32,000 nucleotides of DNA from Dehalococcoidia bacterium (GCA_963665405.2 OY762261.2:1241944-1273943), one strand, 5' to 3'. Positions 1 to 9,046 are shown, counted from the stretch's first letter. Notes: generated by a model not told the origin, from the letters alone. Program-made: numbers and translations.

Positions 1-575
1 ACCTGCAGGCGTGGATAAGGCGGCGGGCGGCCGCCAAAGGGACCGATATCGAGCCAAGGGCCGTGGCCGCCCTGGCGGACAGCGTGGGAAGCGATCTCCA
101 CCTCGTCGACGTCGAGCTCTCCAAGCTGGCGCTGTACCGGTGGGGCGAAACGATCCGCTTCGAGGACGTCCAGGACATGGTGGCGTCGGCGAAGGAGGGG
201 AACATCTTCGCCGCGGTCGATGCGGTGCTGGAGGGTCGATCGCGAGCGGCCGTCGAGCTGACCCACCAGCTCCTGGAGTCCGGCCGGCCCCCGGTGTACG
301 TCATCTCCATGCTGGCGCGGCAGGTCCGGCTGCTGATGCTCGCCAAGGAGTTGAGGGGCCGGCGGCTATCCCAGATCGAGATCGGCCGCAGGCTGGGCCT
401 GTCCGACTATCCGACGCGGAGAACGCTGGAGCAGGAGGTCCGGTTCACCATGACCCGTCTGGTCCGGATACACAGGACTCTGTTGGAGGCCGACCTGGCG
501 ATGAAGACGGCGTCTACGGACGAAGGGCTGATCCTGGACCTGATGGTCGCGGAGCTGGCATCGACCGCGGGCTAG
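1..575 (+). CDS. holA: DNA polymerase III delta subunit, C-terminal part (5' end outside window)
   Basis: Frame 3 is open from the window edge (LQAWIRRRAAAKGTDIEPRAVAALADSVGSDL...). The ORF-track protein 63..575 shows the delta-subunit C-terminal helical pattern (DVELSKLALY, NIFAAVDAVLEGR, LLEADLAMKT). Called by recognition only. Confidence 0.75.
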   Translation, partial: LQAWIRRRAAAKGTDIEPRAVAALADSVGSDLHLVDVELSKLALYRWGETIRFEDVQDMVASAKEGNIFAAVDAVLEGRSRAAVELTHQLLESGRPPVYVISMLARQVRLLMLAKELRGRRLSQIEIGRRLGLSDYPTRRTLEQEVRFTMTRLVRIHRTLLEADLAMKTASTDEGLILDLMVAELASTAG

Positions 576-1594
576 GCGGTCCTCCACACCATGTCCCGGT
601 CGTGACTCATCCGGTTGTAGCAGGCCACCCAGTGGCCCGGCGCGACCTCCATTAACTCGGGCATGGGGCTGGTGCGGCACTCGCTGGTCGCCTTGGGACA
701 CCGCTCCAGGAAGGGGCACTCGTCCGGCGGGTCGATCATCTTTGGGGCCGTCCCCGGCATGGGCCTGAGCGAATGCTGGTCGGAGTCTAGCCTGGGCATC
801 GCCTGGAACAGCCCCCAGGTGTAGGGGTGCAGGGGGCGCTTGAACAGGGACTCGGTGTCCGTGTGTTCGACTACGTAGCCGCCGTACATGACGATGACCG
901 AGTCCGCCATCTGGGCTATGACGCCCAGGTCGTGGGTGATCAGGACGATAGCGGTGCCCCGCTCGCGCTTGAGCTGCTTCAGCCGGTACAGTATCTCGGC
1001 CTGCAGCGTAACGTCCAGGTTAGAGGTCGGCTCGTCGGCGATCAGCACGCGCGGGTTGAGCGCGATGGCGATGCTGAGCATCACGCGCTGGGCCATCCCA
1101 CCGCTGAGCTGGAAGGGGTACGCGTCCAGCATCCGTCTGGCATCGGCGATCCCCATCTTCGTCAGCAGATCTGCCGCTGCCGCGCGCGCCTCTCGCTTGC
1201 TCACTGCGGTGTGCTCCAAAAGCACCTCTTCGACCTGGCGTCCGATGGGGATGACGGGGTTGAGGGCCGAGCCCGGGTTCTGGAAGACCAGGGATACGTC
1301 CTTACCACGTATTTGGCGCAGCAGCGCCGGCTTCATCGCCACTAGCTCGGTCCCATCGAGTCGCACGCTTCCCTTGACGATCTCGCCGGGAAACGGGACG
1401 AGCTGGAGTATGGACAGGGCCGTCACGGTCTTGCCGGAGCCGCTCTCGCCGACGATCCCCAGGATGCTGTGCTCCTCGAGGCTGAAGCTCACGCCGTTGA
1501 CGGCCTTGACCGTCCCGTCGGTCGTCTTGAAGTGGGTGTGGAGGTCGGAGACCTCCAGGATTGCCTTTGCCATATGGCCGTTAGTTCCCTTCAA
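572..1594 (-). CDS. Oligopeptide/dipeptide-type ABC transporter ATP-binding protein (OppD/DppD family)
   Basis: Walker A GESGSGKT, signature LSGGMAQR, Walker B LIADEPTSNLD, H-loop ITHDL, and the C-terminal Opp/Dpp extension with Cys motif (CPFLERCP...C). No permease or binding-protein gene is adjacent. Confidence 0.9.
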   Translation of the reverse strand: MKGTNGHMAKAILEVSDLHTHFKTTDGTVKAVNGVSFSLEEHSILGIVGESGSGKTVTALSILQLVPFPGEIVKGSVRLDGTELVAMKPALLRQIRGKDVSLVFQNPGSALNPVIPIGRQVEEVLLEHTAVSKREARAAAADLLTKMGIADARRMLDAYPFQLSGGMAQRVMLSIAIALNPRVLIADEPTSNLDVTLQAEILYRLKQLKRERGTAIVLITHDLGVIAQMADSVIVMYGGYVVEHTDTESLFKRPLHPYTWGLFQAMPRLDSDQHSLRPMPGTAPKMIDPPDECPFLERCPKATSECRTSPMPELMEVAPGHWVACYNRMSHDRDMVWRTA

Positions 1595-1637
1595 GCTGAG
1601 AGCTTGCGAGCAAATCCCCGCCCAGTTGTCATTCTGA

Positions 1638-1668
1638 GCCGCAGCGAAGAATCTGGGGAGGCGGAGGG
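1638..1668 (+). repeat. GTCATTCTGAGC-N-AGCGAAGAATCTGGGG motif, copy 1
   Basis: gtcattctgagccgcagcgaagaatctgggg. It is nearly identical to the reverse complement of 3838..3867 and related to 3767..3813. Confidence 0.8.
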
Positions 1669-1714
1669 CCTCCCGCGCGTGCGCCGATCAGGCCCCACTC
1701 CAAAATCAAGAGGT

Positions 1715-1788
1715 ATATGATCTCTGAGGGAAATCTCCATCCATCTCAGACTCCCGGCGATCCCGACTTGTCGGGATCTGCACATCCC
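1715..1788 (+). repeat. Composite hairpin repeat, copy A (H2 arm disrupted, H3 type 1)
   Basis: ...atatgatctctgaggg[aaatctccatccat]ctcagactcccggcGATCCCGActtgTCGGGATCtgcacatccc. It shares the cagactcc core and the 8-bp GATCCCGA/TCGGGATC hairpin with copies C, E and F. Confidence 0.8.
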
Positions 1789-1818
1789 ATACCGTTCTCA
1801 TTCTGCGCTACCGGCCAC

Positions 1819-2505
1819 TCACAGACTCGGCGTACACTGCGGCTCACGTGGGCCCATCGAGGCGTCCAGCACGGCCGGACGGAACCTGCCCCCCCGAAGC
1901 TCCCGGATCAGCTCCTCGACGCATCTGACCGGATTCTCGAACTCCGTAGCGTATCTTCCTAAGTCGCTCGCCACGTGGGCGTCGCTGCCGCCGGTTCCGC
2001 TAAGGCCGAGACGGCCGGCGAGGTCGGCGGAGAAGCGGTTTTCGGCGTCGGAGCCGCGCCCGTTCAGCGTCTCCAGGCCATCCGCCAGACCGAAGAGCTC
2101 GTCCCCGCTCGTCCGATCGATCAGTGCGTCGTAGGCTTGCCCCGGGGATGCCACGCCCTCCCGATAGACCCGCCTGTATGGATGAGCCGCGATCATGAAT
2201 CCGCCTGCCTCGTCCACAAGCTCCCTCACGAAGCGGGGGCGGTGCATCCCGAACGTGAACGCCTGCAGCCCGAACACGAGAAGGTGACCGGCGTCGGTCG
2301 TGATCTCGGCACCGCCGATCACCACGAAATCGTGGGCTTCCGACACCTCGTCCAACTCCTCCTGTGGCCAGAACCGATCGTGCTCCGTAAAGCACACCCC
2401 GTCGAGTCCAGCACGCCTGGCCTCCTCGATGAGATTGTCGGGGGTCAGCAGGCTGTCATCGGAGGCCGGATAGGTGTGGGTATGGAGGTCGATGATCACC
2501 GGCAC
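1819..2505 (-). CDS. PHP-domain metal-dependent phosphoesterase
   Basis: N-terminal IIDLHTHT motif, CFTEHD, and C-terminal GGSDAH, all typical of the PHP family. The start is GTG. Confidence 0.8.
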   Translation of the reverse strand: MPVIIDLHTHTYPASDDSLLTPDNLIEEARRAGLDGVCFTEHDRFWPQEELDEVSEAHDFVVIGGAEITTDAGHLLVFGLQAFTFGMHRPRFVRELVDEAGGFMIAAHPYRRVYREGVASPGQAYDALIDRTSGDELFGLADGLETLNGRGSDAENRFSADLAGRLGLSGTGGSDAHVASDLGRYATEFENPVRCVEELIRELRGGRFRPAVLDASMGPREPQCTPSL

Positions 2506-2599
2506 GCCTTACCCCGGACCGCGCCCCTCAGGGCCCAGTCTGACACCGTGGGTCCCCACAAGTCAACCGGTGCGACGCCTCCGCCGCCGCCTGGACGAA

Positions 2600-3547
2600 T
2601 CACTCCGTCAGGAGCGCGTCGATCTCGATCATATCTTTGTCTGTCAGATGCCACTCGTGGGTCCCGGCGTTGACCTCGACCTGCCGAGGGCTGGTCGCTC
2701 CGGCTATCACCGAGCTGACGGCCGGGTTCGCCAGCAGCCACGCGAACGCCAGTTCCAGAATGGTCTTGTCGTGCCTGGCCGCGAAGCTCTCCAGACTTTC
2801 CACGCGATCGAAGTTTGCGTCGGTCAGGACGCCGCGATCCTCTGAAGCCAGCCTGGAGCCCTCGGGAGGTGGCTGGCCGCGCCGGTACTTCCCGGTGAGG
2901 AGCCCGTGGAAGAGAGGGAAGTACGGCAGCAGGCCGATGCCGTACTCTTTGCAGAAGGGGATGACCTCGGCCTCCTTTTGCCGCTCCAGCATGTTGTAGC
3001 GTGGCTGCTCGCTGACCGGAGAGACGAGGCCCTGTGACCTGGACGTCCAGACCGCCTCGCATAGCTGCCAAGATGCGAAGTTGGAGCAGCCGACGTACCG
3101 CACCTTCCCTTGGTAGACCAGATCGTCGAGAGTCCGCAGCGTCTCCTCGATGGGAGTATCGGGATCGGTGGAGTGGAGCTGGTACAGGTCGATGTAGTCT
3201 GTTTGCAGGCGGCGCAGACTGTTCTCGACCTCACGCGTGATGTGGAGCCGGCCGCTCCCCGCCTGGTTCGGACCATCCGCCATCCGGCTCCACACCTTGG
3301 TGGCTACGATGGCCAGATGACGCTTGCCCTTCAGGGCCTTGCCGATGTGCTCCTCGGACGCCCCGTCGCCGTACGCGTTCGCCGTGTCGATCATATTGAT
3401 CCCCAGGTCCAGAGCCCTGTCGATGACCGCCGCGGAGCTTTCGGCGTCCATGTGGAAGGGCCACCGGTCTCGGTTGCCGAAGTTGTTCGTCCCCAGCCCT
3501 ATTGCCGAGACTTCGAGTCCGGACCTGCCGAGCCGGCGGTACTCCAT
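2600..3547 (-). CDS. Aldo/keto reductase family oxidoreductase
   Basis: MEYRRLGRSGLEVSAIGLGTNNFG..., IDTANAYG, and YIDLYQLH are typical AKR motifs. A strong SD (aggagg) lies upstream of the ATG. Confidence 0.9.
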   Translation of the reverse strand: MEYRRLGRSGLEVSAIGLGTNNFGNRDRWPFHMDAESSAAVIDRALDLGINMIDTANAYGDGASEEHIGKALKGKRHLAIVATKVWSRMADGPNQAGSGRLHITREVENSLRRLQTDYIDLYQLHSTDPDTPIEETLRTLDDLVYQGKVRYVGCSNFASWQLCEAVWTSRSQGLVSPVSEQPRYNMLERQKEAEVIPFCKEYGIGLLPYFPLFHGLLTGKYRRGQPPPEGSRLASEDRGVLTDANFDRVESLESFAARHDKTILELAFAWLLANPAVSSVIAGATSPRQVEVNAGTHEWHLTDKDMIEIDALLTE

Positions 3548-3636
3548 TGTTTCCTCCTAGCGACTCCGTACTGAGCCCAAGCTGGCTACCCCGTCTCTTC
3601 CAGCAGCGTGCTGTAAGACCGTTTCGACCATCCCCC

Positions 3637-3727
3637 GGCCCCTTCCGGGCAAGGAAGGAGGGGAGACATCATATCTGAGGGACACCCTCAGACTCCCGGC
3701 AGAGGGGCTTCGTCCCTCTGCAGACCC
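3637..3727 (+). repeat. Composite hairpin repeat, copy B (H1+H2+H3 type 2)
   Basis: ggCCCCTTCCgggcaaGGAAGGaggggagacatcatatCTGAGGGacaCCCTCAGactcccggCAGAGGGgcttcgtCCCTCTGcagaccc. The H2 and cagactcccggc core are identical to copy D. Confidence 0.85.
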
Positions 3728-3766
3728 AAGACTTCATCATCCCGCCAGCGCCCATGAATCAGGAAT

Positions 3767-3813
3767 GTCATCCTGAGGAAGTCCTTCCCAGAAGGACGAC
3801 GCAGGATCTGGGG
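3767..3813 (+). repeat. GTCATCCTGAG...GCAGGATCTGGGG motif with internal 7-bp hairpin insertion
   Basis: gtcatcctgag-gaaGTCCTTCccaGAAGGACgac-gcaggatctgggg. The ends match the 1638 motif, and it faces the inverted copy at 3838..3867. Confidence 0.65.
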
Positions 3814-3837
3814 CCGGGCACGTCTGTAGTCCCTCCT

Positions 3838-3867
3838 CCGCAGATTCTTCGCTCCGCTCAGAATGAC
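3838..3867 (-). repeat. GTCATTCTGAGC-N-AGCGAAGAATCTGCGG motif, inverted copy
   Basis: The reverse complement reads gtcattctgagcggagcgaagaatctgcgg, about 29/31 identical to 1638..1668. Confidence 0.8.
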
Positions 3868-3898
3868 GTTTTCGGTGGACAGGGTGTGGCGAATCTGC

Positions 3899-4588
3899 TT
3901 AGAAATGCCTGGGTTGCGCCACGAGCAGCCCGTCTTCACGGACGACCTCGATTGCGAAAGGAAAGGCGTCGATCTGCAGGGCCAGCTTGATGTCGCTGGG
4001 GTGGAAGTGGGGTCGCGAGGGGTCGCCGTACTTCTGCGCCTCGGCGCCTGCGAGCACCAGGCTGCGCACGGCGTCGGGGTCCGGCGACCGGCCCTGAAGG
4101 ACGTTGCGTAGGTAGAGTGCGCACTGCTCATCCTCGTCGGCGCGGGCTCCTGCCTCGACGCCCATGGCCACTATCGTGACCAGCTCGGGCGCGTCCAGGC
4201 GCACCGCTCTGGCCGTGGCCCCGGCGGTCACTAGGGACGCGGCATAGATCCGGTCGGCGCCGCCGGCGGCCGAAACCCCCATCGTGCCCGCCCGAGTAGA
4301 CTGGATCAGCGTCTTGCCCTCGACGTCCGCCTGGGACATCTCGAACGGCGAGTTGCCCAGGTCGAAGCCGCCGGGCCTCATTCCGTCCACCTCGCCGATA
4401 CACAGATCGCCCGTGCCTCGACCGCGAAGCTCCAGCGCCTCCTCCACCTCGGCTACCATCACTATGCGTCGTGCTCCTCGGGAGAAGGCGATGGCCGCCG
4501 TCGTGAAGGCCCTGAAGACGTCGATTATCACGGCGGTCCCCTCTGCGTGGCGCGCCCCGCTCAGCAGGCTGCCTACCCTGATCTCCAT
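3899..4588 (-). CDS. comB: 2-phosphosulfolactate phosphatase family protein (ComB-like)
   Basis: IIDVFRAFTTAA near the N-terminus, GxxDLGNSP, and a length of 229 aa fit the ComB family. Confidence 0.75.
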   Translation of the reverse strand: MEIRVGSLLSGARHAEGTAVIIDVFRAFTTAAIAFSRGARRIVMVAEVEEALELRGRGTGDLCIGEVDGMRPGGFDLGNSPFEMSQADVEGKTLIQSTRAGTMGVSAAGGADRIYAASLVTAGATARAVRLDAPELVTIVAMGVEAGARADEDEQCALYLRNVLQGRSPDPDAVRSLVLAGAEAQKYGDPSRPHFHPSDIKLALQIDAFPFAIEVVREDGLLVAQPRHF

Positions 4589-4681
4589 CCTAGTCCCGCG
4601 AGCCCTGACCGAGATGAGGCTCCGCTCTGAACGGGCGAGGGCTCACGCGGTGCTCCCCTACGTGGAAGTCACGGGTCCGCA

Positions 4682-5602
4682 TTATTTGCGGTGAGTGTAG
4701 CTGCGCCCGCCGGCGACCCGGTCTATCACAGATATTCCGGGCTTCTTGATGCGGGTGACGTATACCGCCTGAGGTGTCGTGATGAACAGCAACTTGCAGT
4801 CGAATCCGTAAAAGGCGACGTTCGACGTCACGTCGGGCGTGCGAATGATCCCCAGCGGAGTCCCGTCGCCGGCGGCGACCCACACGCCTCCGGGTCCGGT
4901 GACGTAGGCGTTCCCGTCCACGTCCACCTTCATTCCGTCACCAAGGCCGTCGACGCCGTACTCCATCTGCAGCCACAGGCGCTTGTTCGACAGAGAGCCT
5001 TCGGCCCCGACGTCGAAGGCGTATACGCTGTTGTCCGCCGAATCAACCACATAGAGGACGCTCTCGTCCGGTGAAAGGGCCAGCCCGTTCGGCTTGGTGA
5101 GCTCGTTGGTCACTCGGGTCAGGTCGCCGCCGGGCGACAGCCTGAACACTCCGCAGTAGTCCTGCGACATCAGGGACGGCGCCAGCATCGCCTCCACATC
5201 TCCCATGAAGATCGGATCGGTGAAGTATATGGACCCGTCTCCCTTCACGACCACGTCGTTCGGAGCGTTCAGCGGCTTTCCTTCGTAAGAGTCTGCGAGC
5301 ACAGTTACGGAGCCGTCCGGCTCGGTACGCGTCAGTCTCTTGAAGCTCCCCTCGCAGGCGATCAGGCGCCCCTGGGCATCGAGGGTCATGCCGTTGGCGC
5401 CCCCGGACGGCTGACGGACGATCCCGGTCCAGAACGGAGGAACGTATCTCATGATGGCGTCGTTGCGGATGTCGGCGAAGATTATGTACCCCTCTGGCAG
5501 AAACAGCGGGCCCTCGGTGAAGCCGAATCCGTCCGCGGCCATCCACAGGTCGTGCTCGTCGACGAGGTCGTGAAACCGTGGATCGAAGACTACGTTATTC
5601 AA
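4682..5602 (-). CDS. SMP-30/gluconolactonase/LRE-like beta-propeller protein
   Basis: FTEGPLF, ANGMTLDAQGRL, PNDVVVKGDGSIYFTDP and PNGLALSPDES are propeller-repeat motifs. The ORF-track 428-aa form overlaps ispH, so I trim it to the in-frame TTG at 5602, which overlaps the ispH stop. The start is uncertain. Confidence 0.75.
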   Translation of the reverse strand: MNNVVFDPRFHDLVDEHDLWMAADGFGFTEGPLFLPEGYIIFADIRNDAIMRYVPPFWTGIVRQPSGGANGMTLDAQGRLIACEGSFKRLTRTEPDGSVTVLADSYEGKPLNAPNDVVVKGDGSIYFTDPIFMGDVEAMLAPSLMSQDYCGVFRLSPGGDLTRVTNELTKPNGLALSPDESVLYVVDSADNSVYAFDVGAEGSLSNKRLWLQMEYGVDGLGDGMKVDVDGNAYVTGPGGVWVAAGDGTPLGIIRTPDVTSNVAFYGFDCKLLFITTPQAVYVTRIKKPGISVIDRVAGGRSYTHRK

Positions 5603-6534
5603 GCGGTCGTGCCCTCCATTGGAACCTGTCGGGTCTCGCGAAGCTCTTTGGGGAGCACGAAGCTTACGTCCTCCTCGGCGCCCTCGATGGGAATCACCTC
5701 GTCGGGTGCCAGCGCGCTGATGACGGCGGCCACCAGCTCCTCGGGGGTGGACGCGCCGGAGGTGATCCCGATCCTGTTGCTGCCGTCGAGCCAGGCTGGG
5801 TCCAGCTCGTCGGGCCCGTTGATCAGATGGGCGGTCACGCCGTTCGCCTCCGCGACCTCCCGAAGCCGGCTGCAGTTCGAGCTGTTCGGAGCGCCGATCA
5901 CCAGGATGAGGTCGACCCAGCGGCACAGCTCCTTCACGGCGGTCTGGCGGTTGGTCGTGGCGTAGCACAGGTCGTTGCGAACGACCACGTCGGAGAACCT
6001 GTCGGTGATGCGTTGTATCGAGTCCCTGGTGTCATCGACCGACAGGGTGGTCTGGGTCAGCACGACCACTGGAGTGTCCTTGTCCCAGTCGGGGATCTTC
6101 TCCCCCTGACGGTCGTCCAGAAGTGCCATGGAGCGCTGTCCCATCGTCCCCTTCACCTCCTGGTGACCGCGATGGCCGACCAGGATGATACGGCGGCCCT
6201 CGCCGGCGTACTTGATCGCCTCGTTGTGCACCTTCGTCACCAGCGGGCAGGTGGCGTCGACCACATGCAGGCCTCTCGCCGACGCCTTCCGAAAGTCCTC
6301 AGGGGGGGAGCCGTGGGCAGAGAAGACTACCGTGGCGCCGTGAGGGATCTCGTCGACGTCCTCGACGGTGATCGCTCCCTTCTTCTCCAGCGACTTGACC
6401 ACGTAGGGATTGTGGACGATCTCGTGCTTGACGTAGACGGGCACGCCGTACTTCTCCAGCGCCAGCTCCACGACCTCGATGGCCCTGACGACGCCAGCGC
6501 AAAAGCCGCGCGGCACGCCCACGTATACCTTCAT
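5599..6534 (-). CDS. ispH: 4-hydroxy-3-methylbut-2-enyl diphosphate reductase
   Basis: GFCAGVVRAI, SAHG, DATCPLVTKVH, and HQEV are IspH/LytB hallmarks. An SD (aaggagg) is present. Confidence 0.9.
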   Translation of the reverse strand: MKVYVGVPRGFCAGVVRAIEVVELALEKYGVPVYVKHEIVHNPYVVKSLEKKGAITVEDVDEIPHGATVVFSAHGSPPEDFRKASARGLHVVDATCPLVTKVHNEAIKYAGEGRRIILVGHRGHQEVKGTMGQRSMALLDDRQGEKIPDWDKDTPVVVLTQTTLSVDDTRDSIQRITDRFSDVVVRNDLCYATTNRQTAVKELCRWVDLILVIGAPNSSNCSRLREVAEANGVTAHLINGPDELDPAWLDGSNRIGITSGASTPEELVAAVISALAPDEVIPIEGAEEDVSFVLPKELRETRQVPMEGTTA

Positions 6535-6705
6535 CGGCTCCTCCTTGCGAGAGATGCGGGATGCGTCCCGGATGGCATTTTACCATAGGCCCCACCGCCG
6601 CCCGCCGTGTATACTAGGGGCCCCATCAGCGAAGAGGCGGTGCAGCGCGGAGTGTCCCAAGAGAGGCGACCCCGCCTTCACGGGACCGTCATCGGAAAAG
6701 CGGCC

Positions 6706-7872
6706 ATGAAGCTAGCGAAAAGAATGGACCGGCTGGGCACCGAGATGGCCTTCGAGGTCCTTGCCAAGGCGAGGAGGCTGGAGGCCGAGGGCATGGACAT
6801 CGTCCATCTCGAGCTGGGTGAGCCCGACTTCGACACCCCGGCCAACGTCATCGAGGCGGGCGCACGGGCGATGTCCGAGGGGCACACGCACTACGGCCCC
6901 TCGCCGGGGTACCCCGTCCTTCGGCAGCGGATCGCCGAGGAGGTATCGGCAACCAGGAGCATCTCCGTCACCGGAGACAACGTGGTCGTCACGCCCGGCG
7001 CCAAGCCCATCATGTTCTTCGTCATCCTGGCGCTGGTCGACCACGGCGACGAGGTGCTCTACCCGAATCCTGGCTTCCCGATCTACGAGTCGATGATCCA
7101 CTACGCCGGCGGAATACCGGTGCCGATGAGGCTGTATGAGTCCAACGACTTCAACGTCGACGTGGACGAGGTGTCCCGCCAGGTGACCCCGAACACGAGA
7201 TTGATGATAGTGAACTCCCCCAACAACCCGTGCGGAGGAGTCATCGACGAAGGCCGCGCCAGGGCGCTCGCTGACGTCGCGGCCGAGAACGACATCACCG
7301 TGCTCTCGGACGAGGTCTACAGGCGGTTTCTCTACGAGGGCGAGCACCACAGCATCGCGAGCTTCCCGGGGATGCGGGACCGTACGATCATCCTCGACGG
7401 CTTCTCGAAAACGTATGCGATGACAGGGTGGCGGATCGGCTACGGGGTGATGCCCGTGGAGCTTGTCGAGCCCATCTCCCGCCTGGTGGTCAACAGCGTC
7501 TCCTGCACGGCCGGCTTCACCCAGATGGCCGCTCTGGACGCGTTCAACGTGCCGTCTGAGACAACCGAAGGGATGATCTCGGAGTTCAAGAGGCGGCGCG
7601 ACATGATCGTCGACGGTCTCAACGGCATCTCCGGAATACGCTGTCCCAGGCCCCAGGGCGCCTTCTACGTGTTCCCCAACGTGGAGGGCACCGGAATGAC
7701 CAGCGTCGAGTTCGCCGACCGGCTGCTGGAGGAGGGTGGGGTGGCCTGCCTGTCCGGGGACGGGTTCGGTAAGTTCGGCGTCGGGTACATCAGGATCTCC
7801 TTCACCAACTCGGCCGAGAACATCCAGAAGGCCCTGGAACGGATAGAAAGCTTCGTTGCGAAGACGACCTAG
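6706..7872 (+). CDS. Class I/II pyridoxal-phosphate aminotransferase (aspartate aminotransferase-like)
   Basis: FSKTYAMTGWRIGY (PLP-lysine motif), NPNNP-like SPNNPCG, and FYVFP. I prefer the start at ATG 6706 (MKLAKRMDRLG...) over the ORF-track 6607. Confidence 0.85.
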   Translation: MKLAKRMDRLGTEMAFEVLAKARRLEAEGMDIVHLELGEPDFDTPANVIEAGARAMSEGHTHYGPSPGYPVLRQRIAEEVSATRSISVTGDNVVVTPGAKPIMFFVILALVDHGDEVLYPNPGFPIYESMIHYAGGIPVPMRLYESNDFNVDVDEVSRQVTPNTRLMIVNSPNNPCGGVIDEGRARALADVAAENDITVLSDEVYRRFLYEGEHHSIASFPGMRDRTIILDGFSKTYAMTGWRIGYGVMPVELVEPISRLVVNSVSCTAGFTQMAALDAFNVPSETTEGMISEFKRRRDMIVDGLNGISGIRCPRPQGAFYVFPNVEGTGMTSVEFADRLLEEGGVACLSGDGFGKFGVGYIRISFTNSAENIQKALERIESFVAKTT

Positions 7873-7903
7873 TTGGCCTCTCTGTCGGGAGCCTGAGCAT
7901 TCG

Positions 7904-8530
7904 ATGACGACAAAGCCCGCGCCCAGAACCGGTCACCCGTATTACATGCACGACGCCGTTCACGGACAGCCCTCGGCCATCGCCCGGGTGCTGACGGAGG
8001 AGCGGGCCTCCGTCGAGGCCGCCGCCCGGCTCCTCGGCTCCGCCCGACGTATCCATCTGGTCGGTATCGGCACGTCGTGGCACGCGGCCCTGATCGGCGA
8101 GTACCTGCTCAGGACCGTCGCCGGACGCGAGGACGCCCGCGCCTGGAACTCGTTCGAGTTTGCGGTCGACGGTCCCGCCCTGGACTCCGGCGATGCCGTC
8201 GTCGTCCTGACCCATACCGGAAGGAAGTGCTACTCGGTACAGGCTCTCGAAATGGCCGGGTCGGCCGGGGCGGCTACGGTGCTCGTGACCGGGATCGACT
8301 CTGTGGCAAACACCGGGCTGGCCGGGGTGGTCGTTCGGACGTCGTCTCAGGATAGGTCCTCCGCCTACACGATCAGCCACACCACGGCACTAACGGCCCT
8401 GGCGATGCTGGCACGCGAGCTCGGACGGGCCGCGGGCCGGGACCCGGACGGCGAGGTTCAGAGAGAGATCGAGGAGCTGCCAAGCCTGATGAGCCGGGCC
8501 CTGGGGATGGAGCCCGAGATCAAGAGGTAG
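7904..8530 (+). CDS. SIS-domain sugar isomerase/deglycase-like protein, N-terminal SIS half (ends at in-frame TAG)
   Basis: HLVGIGTSWHAAL and VVVLTHTGRK fit a first SIS domain of the GlmS-isomerase/FrlB/AgaS type. It stops at TAG 8528..8530, and the reading frame continues in the next ORF. Confidence 0.7.
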   Translation: MTTKPAPRTGHPYYMHDAVHGQPSAIARVLTEERASVEAAARLLGSARRIHLVGIGTSWHAALIGEYLLRTVAGREDARAWNSFEFAVDGPALDSGDAVVVLTHTGRKCYSVQALEMAGSAGAATVLVTGIDSVANTGLAGVVVRTSSQDRSSAYTISHTTALTALAMLARELGRAAGRDPDGEVQREIEELPSLMSRALGMEPEIKR

Positions 8531-8539
8531 GCCGAGAGC

Positions 8540-9004
8540 GTGGCGGACGTAGAGACCTTCCACTTCGTCGGGTGGGGGCCGAACGTCGCCAGCGCCTACG
8601 AGGCCGGCCTGAAGATGAAGGAGACCAGCTACGTGGCTTCCGAGGGCTTCCAGCTGGAGCACTACCTTCACGGTCCGTTCTGCGCGGCCGAGCCGGGAGT
8701 AGCTCTGACCCTCATCGCTCCGAACGGCAACGGCCTGGAGCGGGCGGCCGTCGTGGCCGCCGCTGCCGACACGGTTGGCGCTCGCACCGCAGCGATAGCG
8801 CCGGAGGGCGGGAGCGAGGTCGCGAGGCTGGTCAAGACCACGACAGCGATGCCTCATGTCTCGGAGCCGCTCACCCCCATCGTCTACCTGGTTCCGCTGC
8901 AGCTCTTCACCTACTGGGTGGCCGTGAGCAGAGGCCGCCAGCCCGACGCCTTCCGGCTGAACGAGGCTCCTCACAAGGCCGCCTACGACCAGTACCGGCT
9001 ATGA
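8540..9004 (+). CDS. SIS-domain protein, C-terminal SIS half (same frame as 7904..8530)
   Basis: FHFVGWGPNVASAYEAGLKMKETSYVASEGFQLEHYLHGP is a typical second SIS domain. It is in the same frame as the upstream ORF, separated by TAG plus 3 codons. The putative restart is GTG 8540. Confidence 0.65.
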   Translation: MADVETFHFVGWGPNVASAYEAGLKMKETSYVASEGFQLEHYLHGPFCAAEPGVALTLIAPNGNGLERAAVVAAAADTVGARTAAIAPEGGSEVARLVKTTTAMPHVSEPLTPIVYLVPLQLFTYWVAVSRGRQPDAFRLNEAPHKAAYDQYRL

Positions 9005-9046
9005 CCCCACGCCACGCTTCTGGACGCAGCCCCCAGACCCCAGGCG

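Noticed and set aside
572-1594. The orphan OppD/DppD ATPase, lacking permease or binding-protein genes and overlapping holA convergently at CTAG (572..575), as a notable system.
   Set aside because: Stand-alone Opp/Dpp-type ATPases and shared palindromic CTAG stops occur commonly. Nothing else in the sequence suggests an unusual function.
1819-1835. cacagactcgg at the 3' end of the PHP gene as an eighth repeat copy.
   Set aside because: Only about 9 nt resemble the cagactcc core, there are no flanking hairpin modules, and it lies inside coding sequence. It is probably chance.
6607-6705. The N-terminal extension of the aminotransferase, and a TATACT at 6610..6615 as a promoter.
   Set aside because: The extension has no aminotransferase similarity, so the start MKLAKRMDRLG... 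is the better fit. The TATACT has no acceptable -35 or TGn context, so I do not list it as a feature.
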